DNA of 64,000 bases from Actinomycetota bacterium (GTDB lineage Bacteria; Actinomycetota; Acidimicrobiia; IMCC26256; PALSA-610), in assembly GCA_005772765.1 (NCBI GenBank), contig SXIR01000099.1:3214-67213 (forward strand), given 5' to 3'. The notes below the pieces were generated by a model, which was given only the letters and a program-made list of their open reading frames with translations, was not told where the DNA came from and did no database searches. Below are positions 46,036-55,131 of this stretch, piece by piece (the stretch's first letter is position 1; every line of letters begins with the position of its first letter). Both the position numbers and the translations under genes were made by a program.

Positions 46036-48472
46036 TCGGGCGCGGGTCGTCGTGGTCGGCGCCGGGATCGGTGGCGCGTCGATTGCCTGGCATCTCGCGC
46101 AACGCGGCGAGACGGATGTGGTCGTGGTCGAACGCTCCGAGCCCACGAGCGGTTCGACGTTCCACAGCGCCGGCCTGGTCGGCCAGCTCCGCGGATCGCT
46201 CCCGCTGACGACCATGATGATGCACAGCGTCGATGTCTACCGGCGGCTCGAGGCGGACGCCGAGCGCACCGGTCGATCGACGGGTTGGCGCGAGGTCGGG
46301 TCGTTGCGCATCGCCTCGACGACGCCTCGCATGGAGGAGCTGCGCCGCCAGTACGGCTGGGCGCAGACCTTCGGGCTCCCGATGGAACTGCTGTCGGCCC
46401 GCGAGTGTGTCGACAAGTTTCCGTTGATGAGCCCGGACGGAGTGCTGGGCGGTGTCTGGCTGCCCACGGACGGGTTCCTCGACCCGAGCGGCGTGACCCA
46501 CGCGTTCGTCGGCGGCGCCAAAGATCTCGGCATCGAGTTCGCGACGGGCGTTCGCGTCATCGGGTTCACGATCGACCACGGCCGAGTGCGCGCCGTCGTC
46601 ACGGACCACGGCACCATCGAATGTGACGTCTGCGTGCTCGCATGCGGCATGTACACACCCGACGTCGCCGCACTCGCGGGTGTGAACGTTCCGATCGTGC
46701 CGATGGCGCACCAGTACCTGATCACCAAACGGGTCGACGGAGTCACCGACGATCTCCCCCAACTGCGTGACCCGGACAACCTCGTCTACTTCCGACGCGA
46801 AGGCGACGGTTTGGTGCTCGGCGGTTACGAACGTGACCCCGCGCCGTGGTCACTGCACGGAGTTCCGGACGACTTCAACAACAAGCTGCTGTCCGAGGAC
46901 TGGGATCGGTTCGCCCCGATCATGGCGAACGCGTGTCATCGCGTGCCCGCCGCCGAGTCGGCCGACATCGTGAGTCTCGTCAACGGCCCCGAAGGCTTCA
47001 CACCCGACAACGAGTTCGTGCTGGGCGAAAGCCACGTGCACGGCTTGTTCGTCGCGGCCGGGTTCTGCGCGCACGGCATTGCGGGCGCGGGCGGAGTCGG
47101 TCGAGCGATCAGCGAGTGGATCCTCGACGGCCAACCCAGTTTCGACTGTTGGAAGATGGACATTCGCCGCTTCGGCGCGCAGTACCGATCTCGCGAGTTC
47201 GCGCTGGCCCGCTCGGTCGAGGTGTACAGCACGTATTACGACATCCACTACCCCAACGAAGAGAAGCATGCGGGTCGGCCCCTGCGGCGATCGCCTGCGT
47301 ATTCGCGGCTGGTCGAACTCGGGTGCGTCTTCGGCGAGAAATCGAGTTGGGAGCGACCGAACTGGTTCGCGCCCAACGAACGAGCCGAGCACGACAACCA
47401 GCGACCGGCCGGGTGGGCAGGTGAGCACTGGTCGAGCGCGCTCGTGACCGAAGCTCGAGCGGCCCGCGACACCGCAGTGCTCTTCGACGAGACGAGTTTT
47501 TCGAAACTCGAACTCGAGGGTCCAGGGGCCCTGGCGTTCTTGCAACGCGTGTGCGCCAACCAGATCGATCGTCCGGTCGGATCGGTCGTCTACACCCAGC
47601 TGTGCAACCAGCGGGGCGGCATCGAATGCGACCTGACCGTGACCCGGGTCGGCGCACAGCGCTTCCTTGTCGTCACCGGCACTGCGTTCGGCCAACACGA
47701 CCTGGGGTGGATCCGCACCCAACTCGACCGCGAGCCGCCGGCCGAGCCGGTCCACGCGCGCGATGTCACATCGGCCTCTGCGTGTTTCGGCGTGTGGGGT
47801 CCGCGTGCGCGCGACATCCTCGCTCCGCTCACGCGCCAGCCCCTCGACAACGAGGCGTTCCCGTACCTCACCGCTCGCGAGTGCAGCATCGGCGCGGTGC
47901 CGACCATCGCGTTGCGGGTCACCTACGTCGGTGAACTCGGCTGGGAGCTGTACTGCCCCACCGAGTACGGACAGGCGTTGTGGGATCTGCTCTGGGAAGC
48001 AGGTGCCGAACACGGTCTCGTGGCGGGCGGGTATCGCGCCATCGACTCGTTGCGCATCGAGAAGGGCTACCGGGTGTGGGGCGCCGACATCTCGCCGGAC
48101 GACACCCCGTACGAGGCCGGACTCGGGTTCGCGGTCGCGCTCGACAAGGGCGTCGACTTCGTCGGGCGAGCCGCGTTGGCCGACCAGAAGGCCAACGGCG
48201 TTACGAGACGGCTCCGCGCCGTCCAACTCGACGATCCGACGGCAGTGGCCCTCGGCTCCGAACCAGTACGCATCGATGACAAGGTCGTGGGTCGAGTGAC
48301 CAGCGGCGGCGTCGGCTACCGCACGAATGCCTCGGTTGCGTACGTCTACGTGCCGGCCACGCTCAGCGAGTTCGGACGATCGGTCGACGTCGAGATCTTC
48401 GGCGATCGGGTCCGCGGCACGATCGTGCGCGACCCGATCTGGGACCCGTCGGGCGAGCGCCTCCGGGCCTAG
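46028..48472 (+). CDS. FAD-dependent oxidoreductase fused to a GcvT-like folate-binding domain (dimethylglycine/sarcosine dehydrogenase family)
   Basis: ATG at 46028 overlaps the kinase stop (ATGCGTGA). VVVGAGIGGASIAWHL dinucleotide fold. C-terminal GYRAIDSLRIEKGY. Confidence 0.9.
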   Translation: MRDRARVVVVGAGIGGASIAWHLAQRGETDVVVVERSEPTSGSTFHSAGLVGQLRGSLPLTTMMMHSVDVYRRLEADAERTGRSTGWREVGSLRIASTTPRMEELRRQYGWAQTFGLPMELLSARECVDKFPLMSPDGVLGGVWLPTDGFLDPSGVTHAFVGGAKDLGIEFATGVRVIGFTIDHGRVRAVVTDHGTIECDVCVLACGMYTPDVAALAGVNVPIVPMAHQYLITKRVDGVTDDLPQLRDPDNLVYFRREGDGLVLGGYERDPAPWSLHGVPDDFNNKLLSEDWDRFAPIMANACHRVPAAESADIVSLVNGPEGFTPDNEFVLGESHVHGLFVAAGFCAHGIAGAGGVGRAISEWILDGQPSFDCWKMDIRRFGAQYRSREFALARSVEVYSTYYDIHYPNEEKHAGRPLRRSPAYSRLVELGCVFGEKSSWERPNWFAPNERAEHDNQRPAGWAGEHWSSALVTEARAARDTAVLFDETSFSKLELEGPGALAFLQRVCANQIDRPVGSVVYTQLCNQRGGIECDLTVTRVGAQRFLVVTGTAFGQHDLGWIRTQLDREPPAEPVHARDVTSASACFGVWGPRARDILAPLTRQPLDNEAFPYLTARECSIGAVPTIALRVTYVGELGWELYCPTEYGQALWDLLWEAGAEHGLVAGGYRAIDSLRIEKGYRVWGADISPDDTPYEAGLGFAVALDKGVDFVGRAALADQKANGVTRRLRAVQLDDPTAVALGSEPVRIDDKVVGRVTSGGVGYRTNASVAYVYVPATLSEFGRSVDVEIFGDRVRGTIVRDPIWDPSGERLRA

Positions 48473-48513
48473 AACGATTCGATCGACGGCCTCGTAGGAT
48501 CCGCCCGACGTCG

Positions 48514-49920
48514 ATGGACACGAGCGACCAGGAGATCACCATGGTGCCGGGAATGTTGAGCGCGAGCGAACTCGAAGAGCGGATCCGCAACGGCAGCATC
48601 GATACGGTCCTCGTGACCTTTCCCGACCTCCAAGGTCGGTTGATGGGCAAACGGGTGACCGGCCACTTCTGGCTGAAGCAGATGCGAGGTGGCGACGGCG
48701 AGGTCCACGCCTGCAACTACCTGCTCGCGGTCGACAGCGAGATGAACGTCGTTGCGGGCTACGAGTACGCCAACTGGGACAAGGGCTACGGCGACTTCGC
48801 GCTCGTGCCGGACCTGGCGACGATCCGGATGATTCCGTGGCTCGAGAAGACGGCGCTCGTGATGTGCGACCTCGTCGAAGAACACGACGGCAGCCCGGTG
48901 GCCGTGTCTCCCCGACAGATCCTGAAAGCCCAGATCGCCAAGGCGGCCGCCCTCGGCTACCGCGTGTACGCCGGGAGCGAACTCGAGTTCTTCTTGTTCA
49001 AGGATTCCCTCGACGAGGCGGCGGCGAAGCGGTACCTCGACCTGACGCCGCATTCGAACGTCGTGCTCGACTACCACATCCTTCAAACGAGCCGCGACGA
49101 GTATCTGATTCGAGCCATTCGCAACGGCATGGACGGCGCCGGCGTGCCCGTCGAGTTCTCCAAGGGCGAGGCCGGCTATGGCCAACATGAGATCAACCTC
49201 GAGTACGCCGACGCGTTGACGATGGCCGATCGGCACACGATCTACAAGAACGGCGCGAAGGAGATCGCCCATCAACACGGACGAGCGATCACGTTCATGG
49301 CGAAGTACTCGATGGACGACGTCGGATCGTCGTGTCACATCCACTCGTCGGTATGGGACGGCGACGGCACGACGTCGCTGATGTACGACGAGCACGCCGA
49401 ACACCACTTCTCGACCGTCGGCCGCGGGTGGCTCGGCGGCCTCATTGCCACTGGTCGCGAGTTCGCGTGGATGTACGCGCCGACGGTCAATTCCTACAAG
49501 CGCTATCAGCCCGAATCGTGGGCGCCGACCGCGCTCGCGTGGGGCCACGACAATCGCACGTGCGGCTATCGCATGGTCGGCCACGGCCAGTCGTATCGAG
49601 TCGAGTCACGCATTCCCGGCGCCGACGCGAACGCCTACCTGGCGTTCGCGGCGACGATCGCCGCTGGACTTCACGGGATCGAACACGGCATCGATCCGCC
49701 TACGCGCTTCGATGGCAACGCGTACGTCGCGCCCGACGTCGCTCGCGTGCCGTGGAACATCGTCGAAGCCATCGAGGAGTTCGAACACTCCAAGGTTGCC
49801 CGCGCCGCATTCGGCGACGCGGTGCACTTCCATCTGCTCAACACCGCAAAGCAGGAGTGGGCCGCGTTCAACCGAGCTGTGACCGACTGGGAACTCAAAC
49901 GAAACTTCGACCAGTGGTGA
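48514..49920 (+). CDS. Glutamine synthetase family protein (gamma-glutamyl-amine synthetase-like, PuuA/GlnA3/GlnA4 type)
   Basis: GSELEFFLF, GYGQHEIN, SSCHIHSS and NAYLAFAA motifs. Confidence 0.9.
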   Translation: MDTSDQEITMVPGMLSASELEERIRNGSIDTVLVTFPDLQGRLMGKRVTGHFWLKQMRGGDGEVHACNYLLAVDSEMNVVAGYEYANWDKGYGDFALVPDLATIRMIPWLEKTALVMCDLVEEHDGSPVAVSPRQILKAQIAKAAALGYRVYAGSELEFFLFKDSLDEAAAKRYLDLTPHSNVVLDYHILQTSRDEYLIRAIRNGMDGAGVPVEFSKGEAGYGQHEINLEYADALTMADRHTIYKNGAKEIAHQHGRAITFMAKYSMDDVGSSCHIHSSVWDGDGTTSLMYDEHAEHHFSTVGRGWLGGLIATGREFAWMYAPTVNSYKRYQPESWAPTALAWGHDNRTCGYRMVGHGQSYRVESRIPGADANAYLAFAATIAAGLHGIEHGIDPPTRFDGNAYVAPDVARVPWNIVEAIEEFEHSKVARAAFGDAVHFHLLNTAKQEWAAFNRAVTDWELKRNFDQW

Positions 49921-50654
49921 GCCACGGACCGGCCGCGCGGCCGTTGATCGCGCTCACTGCGCGCCGGCTCGGCGACGGTCGGGTCCGGGGCTGGCACTCG
50001 GGCGGGATCGGCGAGCGCGAGGGATACCTGCAGCGGGTGCGGGCCGCCGGCGGTTGGCCGGTGTTGTGCGATCCGGTGCCGATCGACGCGCCGGAGGCCG
50101 AGGCGTTCGTGACAAGGTTCGACGGCGTGTTGTTGACCGGCGGGCCCGACGTCGAACCCGAACGGTACGGCGAGGCTGCCCACCCGACCGTCTACGGCAC
50201 CGACACCTTCGTCGACCACTTCGAGATGGCGCTGTGTCGCGCCGCGCTCGCGACCAACACCCCGATGCTGGCGATCTGTCGCGGGGTGCAAGTCCTCAAC
50301 GTCGCGTTGGGCGGCTCGCTCTGGCAGGACATCGCCACCGAGCCGGGTGTCGAGCCGCACGGACGCCCCGGCGTTGCCGACGGCGAGTTCCTCCACACGG
50401 TCGACGTCGCCGCAGGATCCCAACTCGCCGCGATCATGCGGACGCGTTCCCCCGTCGTGTCCTGCCACCATCACCAGGCGCTTCGACGGCTCGGCGACGG
50501 GCTGACCGTCACCGCCATGGCTGTCGACGGCACGATCGAAGCCGTCGAGGTCGTCGACCGCCCGGTCATTGCCGTCCAGTGGCACCCCGAAGACACCGCA
50601 ACCACCGACCCGGCGAACCAGGCCCTGTTCGACTGGCTGTGCGCGCCGCGCTGA
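49917..50654 (+). CDS. Class I glutamine amidotransferase-like gamma-glutamyl hydrolase (peptidase C26, E. coli PuuD type)
   Basis: GTG at 49917 overlaps the GS stop (GTGA). AICRGVQVLNVALGG catalytic Cys and VQWHPE motifs. Confidence 0.85.
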   Translation: MSHGPAARPLIALTARRLGDGRVRGWHSGGIGEREGYLQRVRAAGGWPVLCDPVPIDAPEAEAFVTRFDGVLLTGGPDVEPERYGEAAHPTVYGTDTFVDHFEMALCRAALATNTPMLAICRGVQVLNVALGGSLWQDIATEPGVEPHGRPGVADGEFLHTVDVAAGSQLAAIMRTRSPVVSCHHHQALRRLGDGLTVTAMAVDGTIEAVEVVDRPVIAVQWHPEDTATTDPANQALFDWLCAPR

Positions 50655-50659
50655 CGGCG

Positions 50660-51571
50660 TCAGATCGCCGCGAACGCGTCGACGACGTCCCGCACGAATC
50701 GTTCGAGCGCCGTCGCGTCCTTGGCGTGGCGGCCGAGGCCGACTGCCGCTTCGGTCACCCCCAGATCGGCAAGGTGCGTGCTCGCAGACCGAGTGGCCTC
50801 GATGTCGACGTGGCCATCGTCGGTCGTGACGACCTTCGCGCTCGCACGGACCCGCAGCGTCGCGGGATCGCGACCTGCGGCCGAAAACGCGGCGCGGAGC
50901 GCGTCGATGCCGTCGCGTAGTTGTTCGACACTCGTCGTGTGGATCGGCAACCAGCCCGCGCCGAGCGCAGCGATGCGGGCAACGTGGGCGGGTGTTGCGG
51001 CCATGCCGTAGTGCAGCGGAATCCCGGTGATCGGCGAGCACTGCACGGGTTGTGGCAGGCACCAGGTCGGCCCGAACGCCACCGTCGCCGATGCGAACGA
51101 CACCGGTGCGGTTTGGGTCCACAGCGCGGCACAGGCGCGCAGACCATCGTCGAGCAGATCCCAGCGACGTGACCAATCGAGTCCACACGCGGCGTACTCC
51201 TCGCGCTGCCACCCGGGGCCGACGCCGAGATCGAGACGACCGCGGCTGATCTGGTCGAGCGTCGCGCAGACCTTGGCGAGCAGCGCCGGTGGCCGCAGGG
51301 GCGTGAGGACGATGCCTGTCCCGAGCCGGACCCGTTCGGTCACCGCGGCAATCGCGCTCAGCAGCGTCAGGGGCTCGGGCCAAGGTTCGTCGGGACCGTA
51401 CGGAAAGGTTCCGAAGGGGTAGCGATCGGTCCGTTCGCCCATGACCACGTGGTCGGCCAGTACGAGCGTCGTCGCCCCAGCGGCGTCGAGCACACGCGCC
51501 GCGTCGAGCACGCGCCCCAAGTCGTTGTCGAACAGCCGACTGAACCCTGACACCGTCACGCTGACCTGCAC
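50660..51571 (-). CDS. LLM-class F420-dependent oxidoreductase
   Basis: GTG at 51571 preceded by GAGGAGGA. LGTGIVLTPLR and LDLGVGPGWQREEY motifs. Confidence 0.85.
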   Translation of the reverse strand: MQVSVTVSGFSRLFDNDLGRVLDAARVLDAAGATTLVLADHVVMGERTDRYPFGTFPYGPDEPWPEPLTLLSAIAAVTERVRLGTGIVLTPLRPPALLAKVCATLDQISRGRLDLGVGPGWQREEYAACGLDWSRRWDLLDDGLRACAALWTQTAPVSFASATVAFGPTWCLPQPVQCSPITGIPLHYGMAATPAHVARIAALGAGWLPIHTTSVEQLRDGIDALRAAFSAAGRDPATLRVRASAKVVTTDDGHVDIEATRSASTHLADLGVTEAAVGLGRHAKDATALERFVRDVVDAFAAI

Positions 51572-51586
51572 CTTGGATTCCTCCTC

Positions 51587-51650
51587 GTCGTCGATCTATT
51601 GGGTCGTCGATCTATTGGGTCGTCGATTCATTGGGTCATCGATTCATTGG
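51587..51650. repeat. 16-bp tandem repeat x4 spanning the Zn-ADH stop codon to the next gene's RBS
   Basis: GTCGTCGATCTATTGG x2 (51587, 51603), GTCGTCGATTCATTGG (51619), GTCATCGATTCATTGG (51635). Confidence 0.9.
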
Positions 51651-52733
51651 GACCACGACGGCGTGGAGCGGCGGGGTACCGCGTTCGCCGGCCATCGTTT
51701 CGAGCAAGTCCGTGACCCGGTCGGCCGCCAGGGGTTCGACGCGACGATCGATATCGGTCCACGGGAACTGCCGGTCGGTCAACAGCGAGAACGCCGATTG
51801 GTACGCCGCGGTGTCGACACCCAGGGCGCCGATGACCCGCAGTTCCTTGAACACGACATGATCGACGAGAAACTCGGGAACCGCACTCCCGCGCGTCCCG
51901 GCGATTACGACCGTCCCGCCGGGACGGGCGAGCGCAATCGCTTGCGCGACCGCCTGGGGCGCCTTGGCCGTGACGTCGACGACGACGTCGGCGAGCCGCC
52001 CACCCGTCGAGTCACGCAACGCCACAACGGGATCGTCGCGCGTCACGTCGACCGTGAGGTCGGCTCCGAATCGGCGGGCCATGGCCAGGCGGGGCGCGTC
52101 GCGTTCGCCCGCGCCCGTCACCATGACGGTTGCTGCGCCAGCGGTGATGGCGGCGGCGCACGCGGCGATACCGCGGATTCCGGGGCCGAGGACGGCGACG
52201 ACGTCGCCGGGTCGCGTGCCTGGCACCGTCACGCCCCACCGAACTCCGGCGCCAACCGGATTGAACAGCGTTGCCGTCACGGGATCGAGGTCGTCGGGGA
52301 CTCGCAGCAGCAGCGAGTCGGGCGCCAGGTACTGGTGCTCGGCGTAGCCGCCCCACAAACTCGGCGTGCGGTCGATATCGACGAAGCCGTACATGTCGCG
52401 CAATCCGTGTGCACGACAGCGGTTGTAGGAGCCTGCGATGCAGTCACCGCAGCGGCCGCACCGCTGAAACACCTCGACCGCGACACGATCGCCTGCCCCG
52501 ACCGACCACCGGGCCGCGGCCGATGCGCCGATCTCGTCGATCACCCCGACGGTCTCGTGTCCGGGGACGAAGGCGAATCCGCCGTTGAGTTGGCCGGTGA
52601 ACTGCTCGTGATCGGTTCCGCAGAGACCGCATGCCTCGACCTGCAGCCATCCGTCGTCGGGGTTGACGGGGCGCCGCTCGAACGACCGCTCGGCCAGCGA
52701 ACGTACGGACTCGAGTACGAGCGCGCAGGTCAT
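51636..52733 (-). CDS. Zinc-dependent alcohol dehydrogenase (MDR family)
   Basis: CGLCGTDH, GHETVG and CGRCGDC structural-zinc motifs. Confidence 0.9.
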   Translation of the reverse strand: MTCALVLESVRSLAERSFERRPVNPDDGWLQVEACGLCGTDHEQFTGQLNGGFAFVPGHETVGVIDEIGASAAARWSVGAGDRVAVEVFQRCGRCGDCIAGSYNRCRAHGLRDMYGFVDIDRTPSLWGGYAEHQYLAPDSLLLRVPDDLDPVTATLFNPVGAGVRWGVTVPGTRPGDVVAVLGPGIRGIAACAAAITAGAATVMVTGAGERDAPRLAMARRFGADLTVDVTRDDPVVALRDSTGGRLADVVVDVTAKAPQAVAQAIALARPGGTVVIAGTRGSAVPEFLVDHVVFKELRVIGALGVDTAAYQSAFSLLTDRQFPWTDIDRRVEPLAADRVTDLLETMAGERGTPPLHAVVVPMNR

Positions 52734-52740
52734 GGCTCGC

Positions 52741-53499
52741 TCAAGGGAACCGATTCGGTGCGAGGAGCGCGTCGATTCCGCCGTCGGCGAACAGCGTCGA
52801 CCCGTGGACGTACCGGGCGCCGTCGAAGAGCAGCCACGCGACGACGTCGGCGATGTCGGCGGGGTCGCCCATCCGCCCGAGCGGAATCGGCAACGCTTTG
52901 ATCAGGTCGCTGGTTGCCGGGTCGTCGAGCCCTTCTTGGAGCAGCGGCGTGAGAAACGGACCGGGCGCGACGGCGTTGATCCGCACGCCTCGCTCCCCCA
53001 ACTCCTGCACTCGCGAACGCATCCATTTCCCGATCGCGACCTTCGACGCGGCGTACGCGACTGCGGGATTCGTGTCGGCCGCGATCGCCAGTGCTGCGGT
53101 CTCGTCGCGATCGAGGCAGGCGCGCGCGAGGTCGCCGTCTGCGCCCGGGGTGAGCGTCGTCGAGTTCGAGCAGATCAGCGCGACGGCACCACCCGGCGCG
53201 ATCGACCGTTCGAGCCCTTCGACGAACGCCACCGCACCAAAGAAGTTCACGGCGATGATGCGCTCCGATGGGTGTTGCGGACCGAGTCCCGCGCACGGAA
53301 CGACGCCGGCCAGCGACGACGCTCGCTCGAGGACGCCCGCGACCGCCGCGGCGCGCCCACCCGGCGACGACAAGTCGGCCGCGATCTCGACCGAATGCAG
53401 ATCGACGGTGACGACGGTCGATCCGTCGGCCCGCAGACGCTCCGTGAGCGCTCGTCCCAGACCGCTCGCCGCGCCGCTCACCGCCAACGTGGATTGCAC
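52741..53499 (-). CDS. SDR family oxidoreductase (atypical glycine motif)
   Basis: SGAASGLG and YAASK motifs. The GTG start lies 1 nt after the upstream stop. Confidence 0.8.
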   Translation of the reverse strand: MQSTLAVSGAASGLGRALTERLRADGSTVVTVDLHSVEIAADLSSPGGRAAAVAGVLERASSLAGVVPCAGLGPQHPSERIIAVNFFGAVAFVEGLERSIAPGGAVALICSNSTTLTPGADGDLARACLDRDETAALAIAADTNPAVAYAASKVAIGKWMRSRVQELGERGVRINAVAPGPFLTPLLQEGLDDPATSDLIKALPIPLGRMGDPADIADVVAWLLFDGARYVHGSTLFADGGIDALLAPNRFP

Positions 53500-53500
53500 C

Positions 53501-55066
53501 TCACTCCCCGATCAGTTGTTTGCGCAGTTCGTGTTTCGGAACCTTGCCGCTGGGGTTGCGTGGCATCGTTTCGACGATCATCAACCGCTCGGGCGCCTTC
53601 TGGGCCATGAGTCCGGCGACGCGGCAATGGTCGAACACGTCGGCGACCGTGGGCACGTTCGCGGCGTCTTTCAACTGGATCGCCGCGACCACCATCTCGC
53701 CACGATCGACATCGGGGATGCCGAAGACGGCAACGTCAGCAACGGTGGGGTGGGTGTAGAGGCAATCCTCGACTTCCTTCGCTGACACGTTTTCGCCCTT
53801 GCGGATGATGATGTCCTTGATGCGACCGGTGATGACGAGCGTGCCATCCGCCAGGAATCGTCCGACATCTCCCGTGCGGAAGAAGCCGTCGGCAGTGAAC
53901 GCCGCGGCGTCGAGCGACGGATCGGTGTAGCCGCGCATGACCTGGTGACCCGTTGCGACGATTTCGCCCTCTTCGCCGATGGCGACCTCGTGGCCCTCGC
54001 GGTCGAGCAGTTTGATCGCGACCGACTCGGTTGGCGTGCCCTCGCCCTTGATCTTGCTCTCGTCGGCCGCGTCCATGTCGGTCTGGGTCAAGATCGGCGC
54101 TTCGGTGAGTCCGTAGCCACTGGTGATGCCGCCGACGGCACTCGGCACCACCTCGCGGATCTCGTCGTGCTGCAACGGCGGTTTCGGCGAACCGCCGCCA
54201 GGGAACGCGCGAACCGTGCGGTAGGCATCGGGATTGTCGCGGGCCTCAGCGATCAACAACTGGTGGATGGCCGGCGCGCCGTTGCCGAGCGTGACGCGGT
54301 GCCGACCGATGAGTTCGGTCGAGCGAGCGGGCGTGAATGCTTCCATCAGCACGGCAGTCGAACCCGTGAGCAACGGCGTGAACACGCCGATGATCGCTCC
54401 GCCGACGTGCGTGAACGGAAAGGCCACGATGGCGATGTCGTCTTCGACGATGTGGGTCTTCTTGCAGTAACCGATTGCGCCCTGCATCACGCTGCGGTCG
54501 GTGTGTTGCGCGCCCTTCGGGTCGCTCGTCGTGCCCGAGGTATAGAAGATCCAGCGCACCGGATCGTCGCCACGAGCGGCGAACGTCTCGGGCGCGGCCG
54601 GCAGCGCGCTCGGATCGCCTTCGGGATTGTGACGGTCGGCAACGACCGCCCGTAGTCCTGCGAACCCTGCGCCCGCGTTCTCCGAGGCGACCTGCTCCGC
54701 GAGCCCGTGGTAGTCGAAGCCGTTCCATTCGCTCGGTGTGATGAGAAACTCGGTCCCGAGCTGACGGGTGATGAAGCTGATCTCGCGTTGGCGGTAGATC
54801 GGCAACATCGGGTTCTGGATCGCGCCGAGACGACAGAGCGCTCCGACGAGGACTGCGGACTCGACCCAGGTCGGAAGCTGCCAACTCACTTGCACGCCCG
54901 CTCGGATTCCCGCTGCATACCAACCGGCCGCTGCGCGCTCGACGAGATCGCGGTACTCGGCGAACGACACCGCGCGATTGTCGGCATGCAACATGATGCG
55001 ATCGGGCGTGAGCTCCGCCCGGCGTTCGATCAACTCCCAGACTGACTTGGCATCGTCGAGCATCAC
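53501..55066 (-). CDS. AMP-dependent acyl-CoA synthetase/ligase
   Basis: FYTSGTTSDPKGA motif and C-terminal SGKVPKHELR. Confidence 0.9.
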   Translation of the reverse strand: MMLDDAKSVWELIERRAELTPDRIMLHADNRAVSFAEYRDLVERAAAGWYAAGIRAGVQVSWQLPTWVESAVLVGALCRLGAIQNPMLPIYRQREISFITRQLGTEFLITPSEWNGFDYHGLAEQVASENAGAGFAGLRAVVADRHNPEGDPSALPAAPETFAARGDDPVRWIFYTSGTTSDPKGAQHTDRSVMQGAIGYCKKTHIVEDDIAIVAFPFTHVGGAIIGVFTPLLTGSTAVLMEAFTPARSTELIGRHRVTLGNGAPAIHQLLIAEARDNPDAYRTVRAFPGGGSPKPPLQHDEIREVVPSAVGGITSGYGLTEAPILTQTDMDAADESKIKGEGTPTESVAIKLLDREGHEVAIGEEGEIVATGHQVMRGYTDPSLDAAAFTADGFFRTGDVGRFLADGTLVITGRIKDIIIRKGENVSAKEVEDCLYTHPTVADVAVFGIPDVDRGEMVVAAIQLKDAANVPTVADVFDHCRVAGLMAQKAPERLMIVETMPRNPSGKVPKHELRKQLIGE

Positions 55067-55131
55067 ATTGTCCTCTTCATCGGTCGTACTCCGAGGGGCC
55101 GACCCCCCGAGTCGGTCTGCCCACCGCGGAT

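Noticed and set aside
50651-50663. CTGACGGCGTCAG between convergent genes as a functional member of the palindrome family
   Set aside because: Its TGA and TCA are simply the two convergent stop codons (50652-50654 and 50660-62) separated by 5 nt. The palindrome may be a by-product, so it is kept only as a weak relative under the main finding.
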